Shown one piece after another: positions 27,047 through 37,418 of a stretch of 64,000 nt of DNA. This stretch comes from Candidatus Omnitrophota bacterium (lineage in GTDB: Bacteria > Omnitrophota > Gorgyraeia > Zapsychrales > Zapsychraceae). The DNA lies in assembly GCA_015233115.1 (NCBI GenBank), contig JADFYJ010000001.1:195084-259083 (forward strand), in the 5' to 3' direction. The translations under genes and the position numbers were made by a program. Below the pieces are notes generated by a model. It saw only the letters and a list, made by a program, of their open reading frames with translations. It made no database searches and had not been told where the DNA came from. The first letter of the stretch is position 1, and the number at the start of each line of letters is the position of its first letter.

Positions 27047-29199
27047 ACCATTTAGGACCACCCATGAATAAAGCGTGGATGACCAAAACACAAAAAATTA
27101 TTTCTCAAGGCCGCAGTATTTCCTTAGGTGTCACTTTAATGGAGGGCGGCGCAAACTTTGCTATTTATTCACAATATGCGAAAGATATTTTTTTACTTTT
27201 ATTCGAACCATCTCAACAAACGCCAACTGATATTATTCGGCTTGAAAAAATTGAAAATAATATCTGGCTGATTTTTGTCCAAGGTATTAAACCGGGACAA
27301 TTATATGGGTATAAAGTCCGGGGAGATTATGATCCTAAACTTGGTTTACGTTTTAATGAAAATAAACTACTGTTAGATCCATATGCCAAAGCTATCCATG
27401 GAGACTTTATAAATGTTGATAAACTTTTATTCGCTTATAACGACAAATCACCAGAACAAGATCTCTCATTTGACCACCGCGACAATTCTGCCGTCGCGCC
27501 TAAGTCAGTAATTGTCGACGATTCATTTGATTGGAACCATGACATTAAACCCGGCATTCCGATGGAAAAACTCATTATTTATGAGCTCCATCTCAAAGGA
27601 TTTACGGCTCATCCTTCTTCTAAAGTAAGGCATCCAGGAACCTATTCCGGCTTTATCGAAAAAATACCTTATTTAAAAAGTCTTGGTATAAATGCGGTCG
27701 AATTACTTCCGGTCAATCAGTTTTATAAGAGGGATGGATTAGTAAATATTGGGCTAACTGACTATTGGGGTTATAATTCTATCGGCTTTTTTGCTCCGGA
27801 AAATTCCTATGCCAGTTCACCCAAAATTGGTGGTCAAGTTCAAGAGTTTAAAACACTGGTCAAAGAACTGCATAAAGCCGGTATTGAACTCATCCTCGAT
27901 GTTGTGTTTAATCATACTGGAGAGATTGATGAATTAGGCCCAACATTATGTTTTCGCGGAATTGATAATCCTTCATATTACGCTTTAAAAGGTCCAGGCA
28001 GCCAGCCAGGACGGTTATATGTCAATGACGCTGGATGTGGGAACATGCTTAATGTTGAGCATCCAGCAACTTTGCGGTTAATCATAGACGCCCTTCGTTA
28101 CTGGTCTACGGTAATGCATGTGGACGGATTCCGTTTTGACCTAGCTACCATTTTGCCCCGCATGCATGGCCAATACTCAAAAGACTCCGCTTTTTTCGAG
28201 GCAGTCTCTCACGACCCTGCGTTAAAGAACATTAAACTCATTGCTGAGCCATGGGATTTAACAACCTATCAAATCGGAAACTTTCCCCTAAACTGGTCGG
28301 AATGGAACGGGAAATTCCGCGATACCACCCGTCGTTTTATAAAAGGAGATTGGGGCCAAGCTAAAGATTTAGCTTACCGTTTGACCGGATCAGAAGATCT
28401 TTATGGAAATGGTGGTCGTGAGCCTTATAACAGTATTAATTTCATAACCTGCCATGATGGATTTACACTTTATGACCTGTTTTCTTACAATCAGAAACAT
28501 AATGAAGCTAATGGAGAAAAAAATAAAGACGGCACAAATGATAATTTTTCCTGGAATTGCGGCGTTGAAGGTGAAACCACCGATGAAGGGATCATTCAAT
28601 TCAGAAAACAAATGGTAAAAAACGCTTTAAGTTGTTTATTAATCCCGTTGGGGACTCCCATGATCTTGGGTGGTGATGAATTCATGCGCACACAGAAAGG
28701 AAATAACAATGCCTACTGCCAAGACAATGATATTACCTGGTTTGACTGGCAATACGCGCAAAAAAATCAAGATATCACGGAATTTTTAAAAAAACTGATT
28801 GTTTTTCGTAAACGATATACGATCTTACAAAAACGCAAATTCTCTCCTGGCCAACATTTAAATTTTAATAATACGAAGGATCTAGTCTGGTTTGGTGAAA
28901 ATCTCGATCATGTTAACTTGGAGGATCCGGCGATCAAAACATTCTGCTGCCATTTAGATGGAACTAAAGAACCATTAGATTCCAAACCGTATCATTTATT
29001 TTTCATGCTCAACGCTGACCATAACTCGCACATGATTAAAATACCAAAATTTGAGAAAATTACGTGGTATCGAACACTTGACACCAGTCTGCAAAGCGGG
29101 TATGATATTTCAGAATTCGGACGAGAACAAAAAATTGATCCTGCCGATGTCTATTTAATAAATCCTCGTTGTGTGGTGGTACTGGTAGGAAAAACCTAA
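27043..29199 (+). CDS. glgX: glycogen debranching enzyme / isoamylase (GH13)
   Basis: YWGYN, DVVFNHT, DGFRFDLA, IAEPWD, CHDGFTL and GNNNAYCQDN motifs. Confidence 0.95.
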   Translation: MNHLGPPMNKAWMTKTQKIISQGRSISLGVTLMEGGANFAIYSQYAKDIFLLLFEPSQQTPTDIIRLEKIENNIWLIFVQGIKPGQLYGYKVRGDYDPKLGLRFNENKLLLDPYAKAIHGDFINVDKLLFAYNDKSPEQDLSFDHRDNSAVAPKSVIVDDSFDWNHDIKPGIPMEKLIIYELHLKGFTAHPSSKVRHPGTYSGFIEKIPYLKSLGINAVELLPVNQFYKRDGLVNIGLTDYWGYNSIGFFAPENSYASSPKIGGQVQEFKTLVKELHKAGIELILDVVFNHTGEIDELGPTLCFRGIDNPSYYALKGPGSQPGRLYVNDAGCGNMLNVEHPATLRLIIDALRYWSTVMHVDGFRFDLATILPRMHGQYSKDSAFFEAVSHDPALKNIKLIAEPWDLTTYQIGNFPLNWSEWNGKFRDTTRRFIKGDWGQAKDLAYRLTGSEDLYGNGGREPYNSINFITCHDGFTLYDLFSYNQKHNEANGEKNKDGTNDNFSWNCGVEGETTDEGIIQFRKQMVKNALSCLLIPLGTPMILGGDEFMRTQKGNNNAYCQDNDITWFDWQYAQKNQDITEFLKKLIVFRKRYTILQKRKFSPGQHLNFNNTKDLVWFGENLDHVNLEDPAIKTFCCHLDGTKEPLDSKPYHLFFMLNADHNSHMIKIPKFEKITWYRTLDTSLQSGYDISEFGREQKIDPADVYLINPRCVVVLVGKT

Positions 29200-29314
29200 C
29201 AGTATAACAATTTTTTATTAATTCACTTGCGCCCGCATTTATGCCATGATATGCTTTTGTATGAAATTTCATACTAATCAGACAAATCAAACCACAAATC
29301 AATAAACAATTTCC

Positions 29315-30628
29315 ATGAAATCCTTAGGAATCACCATGACCTTTAAAAAAATATTTTTCCTGACATTCTTTATTCTAATCGCGTCATCTGTCATTATCAT
29401 TTTTATTAAACTGGTTTCCGCCGAAACGATTGAATCTGTGAACAGCAGTAGTCTAAATTTAGACGACTGTTACAAGTTGGCGCTCAAACAAAGCGAAACC
29501 TTAGCCATAAACCGAGAAAAAATTATTCAAGCGGAAGCTCATTTCTTACAAGCTTTAGGAACCGCTTTACCGCAAGTATCCCTTTCCCGGACTGATACGC
29601 GACACTATTCCGATAATTCGCCTTCCTCGAATAAGAGCTTTGAACAAAAATTTATATTTACCCAGCAGCTGTTTGCGGGATTCAAAGAATTCGCAGCTAT
29701 ATCAGGAAGCCATTTGGAATCAAAACAACGCAGAAATGAACAATTGCGGGCCGAACAAATTTTATTTGAAAATGTTTCAGATGCCTTTTACCTTTTAGTA
29801 GAAACCCGTGATGATCTCAAAATTTTAAAAACTATTCATATATCTTTGAACGATCGGGTGAAAGATCTTTCAGAACGGTTTAAATTAGGTAAATCACGAA
29901 AGAGTGAAGTTGTTAATACCGAAGTTCAGCTTTATAACACAGAAGCAGATATCGAAACAGCCAAAAATCAAGAAATGATAGCTAAAGAATTATTGGAATT
30001 TTTAACCGGCCAAACAATCAGCGATATCACGGATACTCAGGTTAATTTTATCTTAAAATCAGAAACAGAATATATGAACCATGCCGCCACCCGCGCGGAT
30101 GTCAAAGCCGCTGATTACGCATGGAAAGTTAGTCAAAAACAAGTGGCCATAGCCAGAAGCGGGTTTTTCCCGACTGTTAATCTAGAAGGAGATTATTATA
30201 CTCATCGCACATCTTCGCCAGTTGACAGCGACTGGTCAACCCTGTTAACCGTTTCTGTACCAATCTTTAAAGGAACCTCAACGATGGGCAATCTTAAAGA
30301 AGCAAATTCAATCGCCAAACAATATGAGCTTTATTATAATTTAGCCTTAAGGAATGCCCTACAAGATATCCATGATGCCTATACAAATGTACAATTTTCC
30401 ATTTCCCGAAGCAATGCGCTTGCCAAGGCGCTGGAATCTGCTGAATTAGATTTTAAGTTACAAACGCAAGATTACGCGTCTAATTTAGTGAATAACCTTG
30501 ATGTGCTCACAGCTATCCAGGATCTGGCCGCTGTTAAAAGAAATTATTCCCATACCGCAGCTGAGAATAAAAGATTTTATTGGCAATTACTCGTCGCTTC
30601 TGGTGACATCAATCTAGGAAATAAATAA
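29315..30628 (+). CDS. TolC family outer-membrane protein
   Basis: Duplicated OEP pattern (ALPQVSL; RADV...SGFFPTVNL...VSVPIF). Confidence 0.88.
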   Translation: MKSLGITMTFKKIFFLTFFILIASSVIIIFIKLVSAETIESVNSSSLNLDDCYKLALKQSETLAINREKIIQAEAHFLQALGTALPQVSLSRTDTRHYSDNSPSSNKSFEQKFIFTQQLFAGFKEFAAISGSHLESKQRRNEQLRAEQILFENVSDAFYLLVETRDDLKILKTIHISLNDRVKDLSERFKLGKSRKSEVVNTEVQLYNTEADIETAKNQEMIAKELLEFLTGQTISDITDTQVNFILKSETEYMNHAATRADVKAADYAWKVSQKQVAIARSGFFPTVNLEGDYYTHRTSSPVDSDWSTLLTVSVPIFKGTSTMGNLKEANSIAKQYELYYNLALRNALQDIHDAYTNVQFSISRSNALAKALESAELDFKLQTQDYASNLVNNLDVLTAIQDLAAVKRNYSHTAAENKRFYWQLLVASGDINLGNK

Positions 30629-30629
30629 C

Positions 30630-33600
30630 ATGACACTTTCAGACATATCGATTAAAAATCCCGTTTTCGCATGGATGCTTATGTTGGGCATTTTGGTTTT
30701 TGGTTTCATCGGTTTTCAACGTCTGGGCGTTAGCCAAATGCCTGACGTTGACTTCCCTATAGTATCCGTGTCAGTAACCTGGGAAGGAGCTGCCCCGGAA
30801 GTTATGGAAACTGATGTCACAGATGTTTTAGAAGACGCGGTCATGAGTGTGGAAGGGATTAAAGACGTCACTTCTGTTTCGAAACAAGGCCAAAGCCAGT
30901 TGACCATAGAGTTTAATTTGAATCGCAATATCGACGCGGCATTGCAGGATGTTCAAACCAAAATCGCGCAAGCTCAACGGAATTTACCAACAGATATTGA
31001 TCCGCCGATTGTAACCAAAACTAATCCTGAAGATCAACCCATTATGTGGGTTACTTATTCCGGTGATAAACCAATTAAAGAATTGTCAAAGTATGTTTTT
31101 GAAACCTTAAAAGATCAATTTACCGCAGTTCCCGGCGTAGGAACTATTCAATTAGGCGGTTATGTTGACCCTAATCTGAGGGTTTGGCTCAATGCTAAAA
31201 AAATGCAGGACAAAGAAATTACGGTCGAAGATATTTTAGGTACCATCAATACTCAACACGTTGACCAACCAGCCGGGTATATCGATACTGGTGTCAAAGA
31301 AATTAATGTGCGGGTTTATGGCGAAGCAACTACACCCGAAGAATTTCAAAATATCACGATCCCCCAACGCGTCCGTGGGGGACCAGTCTGGAATAATTTA
31401 CAGCTTAAAGATATTGCTACCGTGGAAGACGGATTGGCGGACATCCGCCGGATCGCCCGCACTTCAGGACAACCGTGTATAGGGATGGGAATCATCAAAC
31501 AGCGCGGATCCAACGCCGTTAAAGTCGCGGAAGCAGTTAAACAAAGAATGAAAGATTTAGAAAATCGACTTCCGGCTAATACTAAACTTAATCTGGTTTT
31601 TGATTCGACACAATTCATAAAAGATTCTGTCAATGAATTGAAATTTAATTTACTATTATCCGTTTTACTGACTTCTATGGTTTGCTTTTTCTTTTTGGGA
31701 TCCTGGACTGCGACCCTAAATGTTCTTTTGGCCATTCCCACGTCTGTTATGGGCGCGTTTGTGGTGCTCTATTTTCTTGGATTTACCATTAATACGTTTA
31801 CCATGCTGGGCCTGTCGCTAGTCATCGGAATTATCGTCGATGACGCAATCATGGTTTTGGAAAATATTTCCCGTTATCAAGAACAAGGCTTAGCCCGAAA
31901 AGCGGCGGCCATTATAGGCGCCCGTCAAATTACTTTTGCGGCATTAGCGGCATCCATTGCCATCTTGGCCATATTTATCCCGGTTATTTTCATGGAAGGG
32001 ATCGTTGGAAAATTCTTTTACCAGTTTGGTGTGACGATATCGGTGGCTGTTATGTTTTCATTATTAGAAGCATTGACGATCGCGCCGATGCGTTGTTCAC
32101 AATTTTTGGATGTAGGACATACCACTCGCCTAGGGAAAGTGGTCGATGGTTTCATGCATTGGTTAAGGTCAAGTTATCGTTCGATCTTAGCTTTTTTACT
32201 CAATCATCCGGGTAAAGTTTTAATTGTGGCCATTTTAATTTTCGCGGGATCTTTACAATTAAATAAACTTATTAAAAAAGAATTTGTCCCGTCTCAAGAC
32301 CAAAGCCGATTTATTGCCCGTTTAACAACCCCCCTGGGATCATCCTTGGATACAACAAATGCAGTATTTAAAAAAGCTGAAACCTTTTTTCTACAAAAGC
32401 CGGAAGTAGATAAAATTTTTGCTTCAGTCGGAGGGAGCCAGGTCAATCAGGGCATCATTTTTGTAACCATGAAACCCCGTGACCAACGCCCCATGATTAA
32501 CGGCCATCATGAAACCCAGCTTGAATTTATGGAAAATGTTAGAAAACCTTTGAACAAAATCCCGGGCATGCAGCGGGCGGTTATTCAAGATCTATCTCAA
32601 TCAGCATTTACGGCTAAACGCGGTTTCCCGGTTGAATTTACAGTTCAAGGCCCGGATTGGGATAAACTGGGTGTATATAGCCAAGAGCTTATGAAAAAAA
32701 TGAAAGAATCGGGCACGATGTCGGATATTGATACAGATTATCAGTTAGGTATGCCGGAGTTGCAAATCCATCCTGATCGTTTAAAAGCGGCGGCGCATGG
32801 CGTAAGCATTGGATCAATCGCGGATACCATTAATAGTATGATCGGAGGATTACGCGTTGGAAAGTATACCAGTAACGGAAAACGTTACGACATTCGCGTC
32901 CGATTAACCGGCGCAGATCGTTCTAAAACCGAAGATATTGATAATATTTGGATTCGTAACCAATATGGGGAACTCGTGCGATTATCCGATGTGACCACCG
33001 CTGAAGTTAAACCAACACTTTTTTCCGTAACCCGTGCCAGCCGTCAGAGGGCTGTCAGTATATTTGCTAATCCTAGCCAAGGTCATTCACAACAAGAAGC
33101 ATTAGACACTGTTACGAAATTGGCTAAAACAGTTCTCCCGCAAGATTATCATGTGGTTTTATCCGGAGGAGCAAAAGCGTATAAAGAATCTTTCCAAGGT
33201 TTAATATTCACTTTAATCTTAGGAATTTTTGTGGCATATATGGTTTTAGCGACTCAATTCAACAGTTTTCTTCATCCGTTTACTGTTCTTTTGGCATTAC
33301 CATTTAGTGTGACTGGCGCATTTTTAGCATTATATTTAAGCGGCCATTCCGTTAATCTTTACAGCATGATTGGACTTATTCTGCTAATGGGTATTGTGAA
33401 GAAAAATTCTATTTTACTGGTAGATTTTACGAATGAACGCAGAAGGGAAGGGCTTAATGTTAAAGACGCGCTTTTAGAAGCCTGCCCAGTCCGTTTGCGT
33501 CCTATTCTCATGACCTCCATTGCGACCGTAGCTGCGGCTATTCCATTGTCTTTAGCCATAGGACCAGGTTCAGAAGTTATGGTTCCAATGGCGGTATCCG

Positions 33601-33731
33601 TGGTCGGTGGCGTTACAGTTTCAACTTTCTTAACTTTATTTGTTGTGCCGTGCGCGTATGAACTATTCTCAAAAATCGAGCGCAAAAATTATAAAGAAGA
33701 AAAAAACGAAGAACAAAACACGTCACAATGA
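30630..33731 (+). CDS. RND efflux permease
   Basis: 1033 aa; GIIVDDAIMV and RLRPILMT motifs. Confidence 0.95.
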   Translation: MTLSDISIKNPVFAWMLMLGILVFGFIGFQRLGVSQMPDVDFPIVSVSVTWEGAAPEVMETDVTDVLEDAVMSVEGIKDVTSVSKQGQSQLTIEFNLNRNIDAALQDVQTKIAQAQRNLPTDIDPPIVTKTNPEDQPIMWVTYSGDKPIKELSKYVFETLKDQFTAVPGVGTIQLGGYVDPNLRVWLNAKKMQDKEITVEDILGTINTQHVDQPAGYIDTGVKEINVRVYGEATTPEEFQNITIPQRVRGGPVWNNLQLKDIATVEDGLADIRRIARTSGQPCIGMGIIKQRGSNAVKVAEAVKQRMKDLENRLPANTKLNLVFDSTQFIKDSVNELKFNLLLSVLLTSMVCFFFLGSWTATLNVLLAIPTSVMGAFVVLYFLGFTINTFTMLGLSLVIGIIVDDAIMVLENISRYQEQGLARKAAAIIGARQITFAALAASIAILAIFIPVIFMEGIVGKFFYQFGVTISVAVMFSLLEALTIAPMRCSQFLDVGHTTRLGKVVDGFMHWLRSSYRSILAFLLNHPGKVLIVAILIFAGSLQLNKLIKKEFVPSQDQSRFIARLTTPLGSSLDTTNAVFKKAETFFLQKPEVDKIFASVGGSQVNQGIIFVTMKPRDQRPMINGHHETQLEFMENVRKPLNKIPGMQRAVIQDLSQSAFTAKRGFPVEFTVQGPDWDKLGVYSQELMKKMKESGTMSDIDTDYQLGMPELQIHPDRLKAAAHGVSIGSIADTINSMIGGLRVGKYTSNGKRYDIRVRLTGADRSKTEDIDNIWIRNQYGELVRLSDVTTAEVKPTLFSVTRASRQRAVSIFANPSQGHSQQEALDTVTKLAKTVLPQDYHVVLSGGAKAYKESFQGLIFTLILGIFVAYMVLATQFNSFLHPFTVLLALPFSVTGAFLALYLSGHSVNLYSMIGLILLMGIVKKNSILLVDFTNERRREGLNVKDALLEACPVRLRPILMTSIATVAAAIPLSLAIGPGSEVMVPMAVSVVGGVTVSTFLTLFVVPCAYELFSKIERKNYKEEKNEEQNTSQ

Positions 33732-33986
33732 CACAAAGTCACAAGGTCACAAAGGAAAACTTTGTAAAAAACGAAACGAGCAATAATTGACGTTAAAAAT
33801 GATCTTATTTAAAAATATAACAAAACAATATTACACGACGCTCTAGCAAAATGACGAATCCCATAAAAAATTTAATTTAATTTTGATATTTTTGTTTATT
33901 TAAATTTCGCGTAATGTGTTATTCTGTTTATCGTTTTATTAATCTTTACTACCCTTTGTGACTTTGTGTCCTTGTGACATTGTGAC
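33722..33986. repeat. GTCACAA 8-mer inverted tandem-array element, copy 1
   Basis: Four G(T/A)CACAA(A/G/T) units on the left and four reverse-complement units on the right, with an AT-rich spacer. Confidence 0.85.
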
Positions 33987-34030
33987 TTTTAAAAATTAAG
34001 CCAACCCTTAAAACAAAAGGATTCAAAGCT

Positions 34031-34687
34031 ATGGCTTTTACGGACCGGCTAAAAAGATGTTTTAAATTGCGTTTTGCCATTGTCTATCCATTCGCGATTT
34101 ACGCAGTTTTTTTCACCCATCCTGATGCGCAATCCATTTCACAGGGAATAGGATTTGTTGTTTTGGGATTATTGACCAGGCTCTGGTCTAATGGCTATGC
34201 CATTAAATTAGAGAAATTAACGACTTCCGGACCGTATGCTCATATTCGCCATCCTTTATATTTCGGCACATCACTCGTTCTTATAGGCTTTATCATTATG
34301 CTTAAAATGTATTTGGTGGGAATATTATTTTTCATCGTCGTAGTTTCTGTATATTTCCGCACCATTAAACAAGAAGAACAGATGCTGGAAGATAAATTTA
34401 AAGACGATTACCTTGATTATAAGAAAAAAGTTCCGGCATTTTATCCTGCTGTCCTGGCTTATTCAAAGGGAGAAAAGTGGCCCTTTAGTTTTGAACGGCT
34501 TATGAGAAGCAAAGAATATAAATCTGCCATTTGGGTTATTATTTTTATAATTTTTATTTATTTAAAAACTATCCTATTAGTACAAAAATTACCTATGAAT
34601 AATCGCTTATGGGCATTAGCTGCTATCGCTGTTTTGCTTGCCGCGACGGATATAACTGGGGAAATAATTAAAAAAGGTAAAAGATAG
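34031..34687 (+). CDS. isoprenylcysteine carboxylmethyltransferase/PEMT-family membrane protein
   Basis: LTTSGPYAHIRHPLYFG and EE..L..KF...Y..Y...VP motifs. Confidence 0.85.
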   Translation: MAFTDRLKRCFKLRFAIVYPFAIYAVFFTHPDAQSISQGIGFVVLGLLTRLWSNGYAIKLEKLTTSGPYAHIRHPLYFGTSLVLIGFIIMLKMYLVGILFFIVVVSVYFRTIKQEEQMLEDKFKDDYLDYKKKVPAFYPAVLAYSKGEKWPFSFERLMRSKEYKSAIWVIIFIIFIYLKTILLVQKLPMNNRLWALAAIAVLLAATDITGEIIKKGKR

Positions 34688-34748
34688 ACGTGGGACGAGG
34701 GATGATGGACGAAAAAGCGATTGCTCAAAAGCGAACAGCTAAAAAAAA

Positions 34749-35648
34749 ATGTTAAAAAAGACAATAAACCGCTCAATTTTTTATTTTGTTTTTTTTCTAT
34801 CTTCTATCGTCTATCTTCTATCGTCTATGACTTCACTTGTCTGCGCCCAAAAACCTCTGCGTATTGTTACTTCCTTTTATCCAATGTATATCATGGCGCT
34901 GAATGTAACTAAAGACATTCCTGGCGTTGTGGTTGAAAATTTAACTTCTTCCCAAACAGGTTGTTTGCATGATTATGCTCTGACGCCTGATGATATGAAA
35001 AAATTAACTGGTGCTAATTTATTTGTCGCTAACGGTGCTGGCATGGAAAATTTTTTAAACAATATAACAGCCCGCTATTCCCAGATTAAAATTGTCCAAT
35101 TAGCTGATGGTATTTCATTAATTAAAAACGGTAACGATATAAATCCGCATGTATGGACCAGCATTTCGAATGCGATTAAAGAAGTGGAAAATTTAAGCAA
35201 AGCGCTTGAAATTGCTGATCCCAGTCACCAAAAGGCTTATAGCGATAACGCTCATGCATATGTTATAAAATTAAAAAAAATACAGACTCTCATGCATAAA
35301 GAACTTTATATGTATATTGGGGAAAAAATCATTACTTTTCACGAAGCTTTTCCATATTTTGCCCAAGAATTTGGGTTGAATATCGCGGCGGTAATAGAGA
35401 GGGAGCCTGGTTCTGAGCCCAGCGCCAAGGAATTGGCGGATACAATTGATTTGGTTAAAAAAACCGGCATCAAGGCTTTATTTACCGAACCACAGTATCC
35501 GGCACTGGCAGCTCAAACGATTGCGCAAGAAACCGAAGCAAAAATTTTTACTTTAGATCCAGCAGTTACAGGGCCAGAAGAACCCGATGCATATATAAAC
35601 ATCATGACAAAAAATTTAAAAGTTTTGAAATCGGCGTTTACACAGTAA
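34749..35648 (+). CDS. znuA: metal (Zn/Mn) ABC transporter substrate-binding protein
   Basis: HDY.LTP, NPHVW and FHEAF.YF motifs; metal specificity not certain. Confidence 0.82.
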   Translation: MLKKTINRSIFYFVFFLSSIVYLLSSMTSLVCAQKPLRIVTSFYPMYIMALNVTKDIPGVVVENLTSSQTGCLHDYALTPDDMKKLTGANLFVANGAGMENFLNNITARYSQIKIVQLADGISLIKNGNDINPHVWTSISNAIKEVENLSKALEIADPSHQKAYSDNAHAYVIKLKKIQTLMHKELYMYIGEKIITFHEAFPYFAQEFGLNIAAVIEREPGSEPSAKELADTIDLVKKTGIKALFTEPQYPALAAQTIAQETEAKIFTLDPAVTGPEEPDAYINIMTKNLKVLKSAFTQ

Positions 35649-35673
35649 TGTATTAAATATTTTTATATATCAC

Positions 35674-35700
35674 TGTCATTCCCGCGAAGGCGGGAATCCA
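35674..35700. repeat. single GTCATTCCCGCGAAGGCGGGAATCCA REP element
   Basis: One mismatch to the copy at 11195. Confidence 0.8.
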
Positions 35701-35752
35701 GTTTACGTTTCACTTTTCACTTCTCACATTTTACATTTTAAAAGGTTGTTTT

Positions 35753-36481
35753 ATGCCTCGAGATTGCGGACATTGCTGCACCCGAATATCGGATCTTAAT
35801 GTTAAGATCAATGGTCATCATATTTTACAAAATATTAATTTGCATATTAATTGCGGTGAAATTTTGGCTATTATCGGACCGAACGGAGCAGGTAAAACCA
35901 CTTTATTAAACGCGATTCTTGGAGAAATGCCCTACACAGGGAAAATGTCATTCTTAGTCAAAAAGACTCGCGCCAACAAGCCCAAAATAGGATATGTTCC
36001 GCAAAGACTGCAGATTGAACCAAATTCTCCAGTCAGTGTGCAAGATTTTGTGTCTGCTTCAATTTCGAACCATCCGATCTGGACTGGTTTCCCCAAAAAA
36101 GTTGCGGATCAATGCCTAGAATGCTTAAAACCTTTTTCCGCTGAGCATTTGATTAAAAGAAAAATATGCGAACTTTCCGGAGGAGAACTACAAAGGGTTC
36201 TTTTGGCCACGGCTATGGTGCCGACTCCTGATTTACTATTGCTGGATGAACCAGGAACCGGAGTGGATGTGAGTGGTTTAGTGTTATTTTATGAATTAGT
36301 CCGAGGGCTCAGGACTCAGCATGATATCTCAGTGATCATTGTTACTCATGATTTATTTGGCGTCGCTGAATATGTAGATCATCTGGTGTTATTAAACCGG
36401 AGCATCATAGCGGAAGGGACTCCCCAGGAAGTGTTATCAGATAAAAAAACCTTTGAAACCTTTGCTTTCCACAAATTATGA
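35753..36481 (+). CDS. znuC: metal ABC transporter ATPase
   Basis: GPNGAGKT, IGYVPQ, LSGGE and LLLLDEP motifs. Confidence 0.88.
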   Translation: MPRDCGHCCTRISDLNVKINGHHILQNINLHINCGEILAIIGPNGAGKTTLLNAILGEMPYTGKMSFLVKKTRANKPKIGYVPQRLQIEPNSPVSVQDFVSASISNHPIWTGFPKKVADQCLECLKPFSAEHLIKRKICELSGGELQRVLLATAMVPTPDLLLLDEPGTGVDVSGLVLFYELVRGLRTQHDISVIIVTHDLFGVAEYVDHLVLLNRSIIAEGTPQEVLSDKKTFETFAFHKL

Positions 36482-37326
36482 TTGATATTTGGTATAAATT
36501 CATTGAATTCTGTTTTCCCTTTAGTTGGACGCATTACGTCTTCATGAAAAATGCACTGTTGGCGATTATATTAATTTCGCCGGTTTTCGCGCAAATGGGG
36601 ACATTAGTCGTTAATAACCGAATGGTATTTTTTTCTGATGTTTTAGCGCATTCAACACTTGCCAGCTTAGCCATTGGAGTTATTTTTGGATTTCAGGAGC
36701 CTTCATTAGTTATGATTGGTTTTGCGGTACTTTTGGCTATTGCCATCAATTTTCTAAAAAAAATGTCCAATTTGTCCATGGATACAGTGTTAGGGATTTT
36801 ATCCGCATTTATTGTAGCATTAGGCGTGGTTATTTTAAGCAGACAGGGTGGATTTTCGAAATTTTCAACGTATTTAATTGGAGATATTCTTTCTATATCA
36901 ACGGAACAATTAGCTTCAATTATTTTTTTGTGGGTGATCGTGTTTTGGTTTTGGTACAAATACGGCAACAAATTAATACTTATGAGTGTAAATGCGTCTT
37001 TAGCCCGCAGCCGGGGAATCAATATTTTCTGGCTTGAAACCTCATTTACTGTACTTTTAGCTATTGTCATCATGGTAAATATAAAACTCGTAGGTATCCT
37101 GATCATGAATTCACTATTGGTGATTCCCGCCGCAGCCAGCCGTAACATCAGCCGCAATATTAAAACTTACACATTAAGCGCAGTCTTAATCAGTGTTATA
37201 TCCGGAATTACTGGATTAATCTTCTCTTATTATTGGGGAACCGCATCCGGAGCAACAATCGTCATTTTTCTAACCTTATCTTACGTCATCACATTAATTT
37301 ACGCAAAAATATTACAATCCAGATAA
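36478..37326 (+). CDS. znuB: metal ABC transporter permease
   Basis: DVLAH, YLIGDIL and LVGIL...LLVIPAAA motifs. Confidence 0.88.
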   Translation: MIDIWYKFIEFCFPFSWTHYVFMKNALLAIILISPVFAQMGTLVVNNRMVFFSDVLAHSTLASLAIGVIFGFQEPSLVMIGFAVLLAIAINFLKKMSNLSMDTVLGILSAFIVALGVVILSRQGGFSKFSTYLIGDILSISTEQLASIIFLWVIVFWFWYKYGNKLILMSVNASLARSRGINIFWLETSFTVLLAIVIMVNIKLVGILIMNSLLVIPAAASRNISRNIKTYTLSAVLISVISGITGLIFSYYWGTASGATIVIFLTLSYVITLIYAKILQSR

Positions 37327-37418
37327 TCGAATAAATAACAAAAAACAAAAAACTAATTATTTTTGATGTATTTTTTTATAATTTATGTACAATAGTAAAA
37401 TTATCTTGAGTGTTACAT

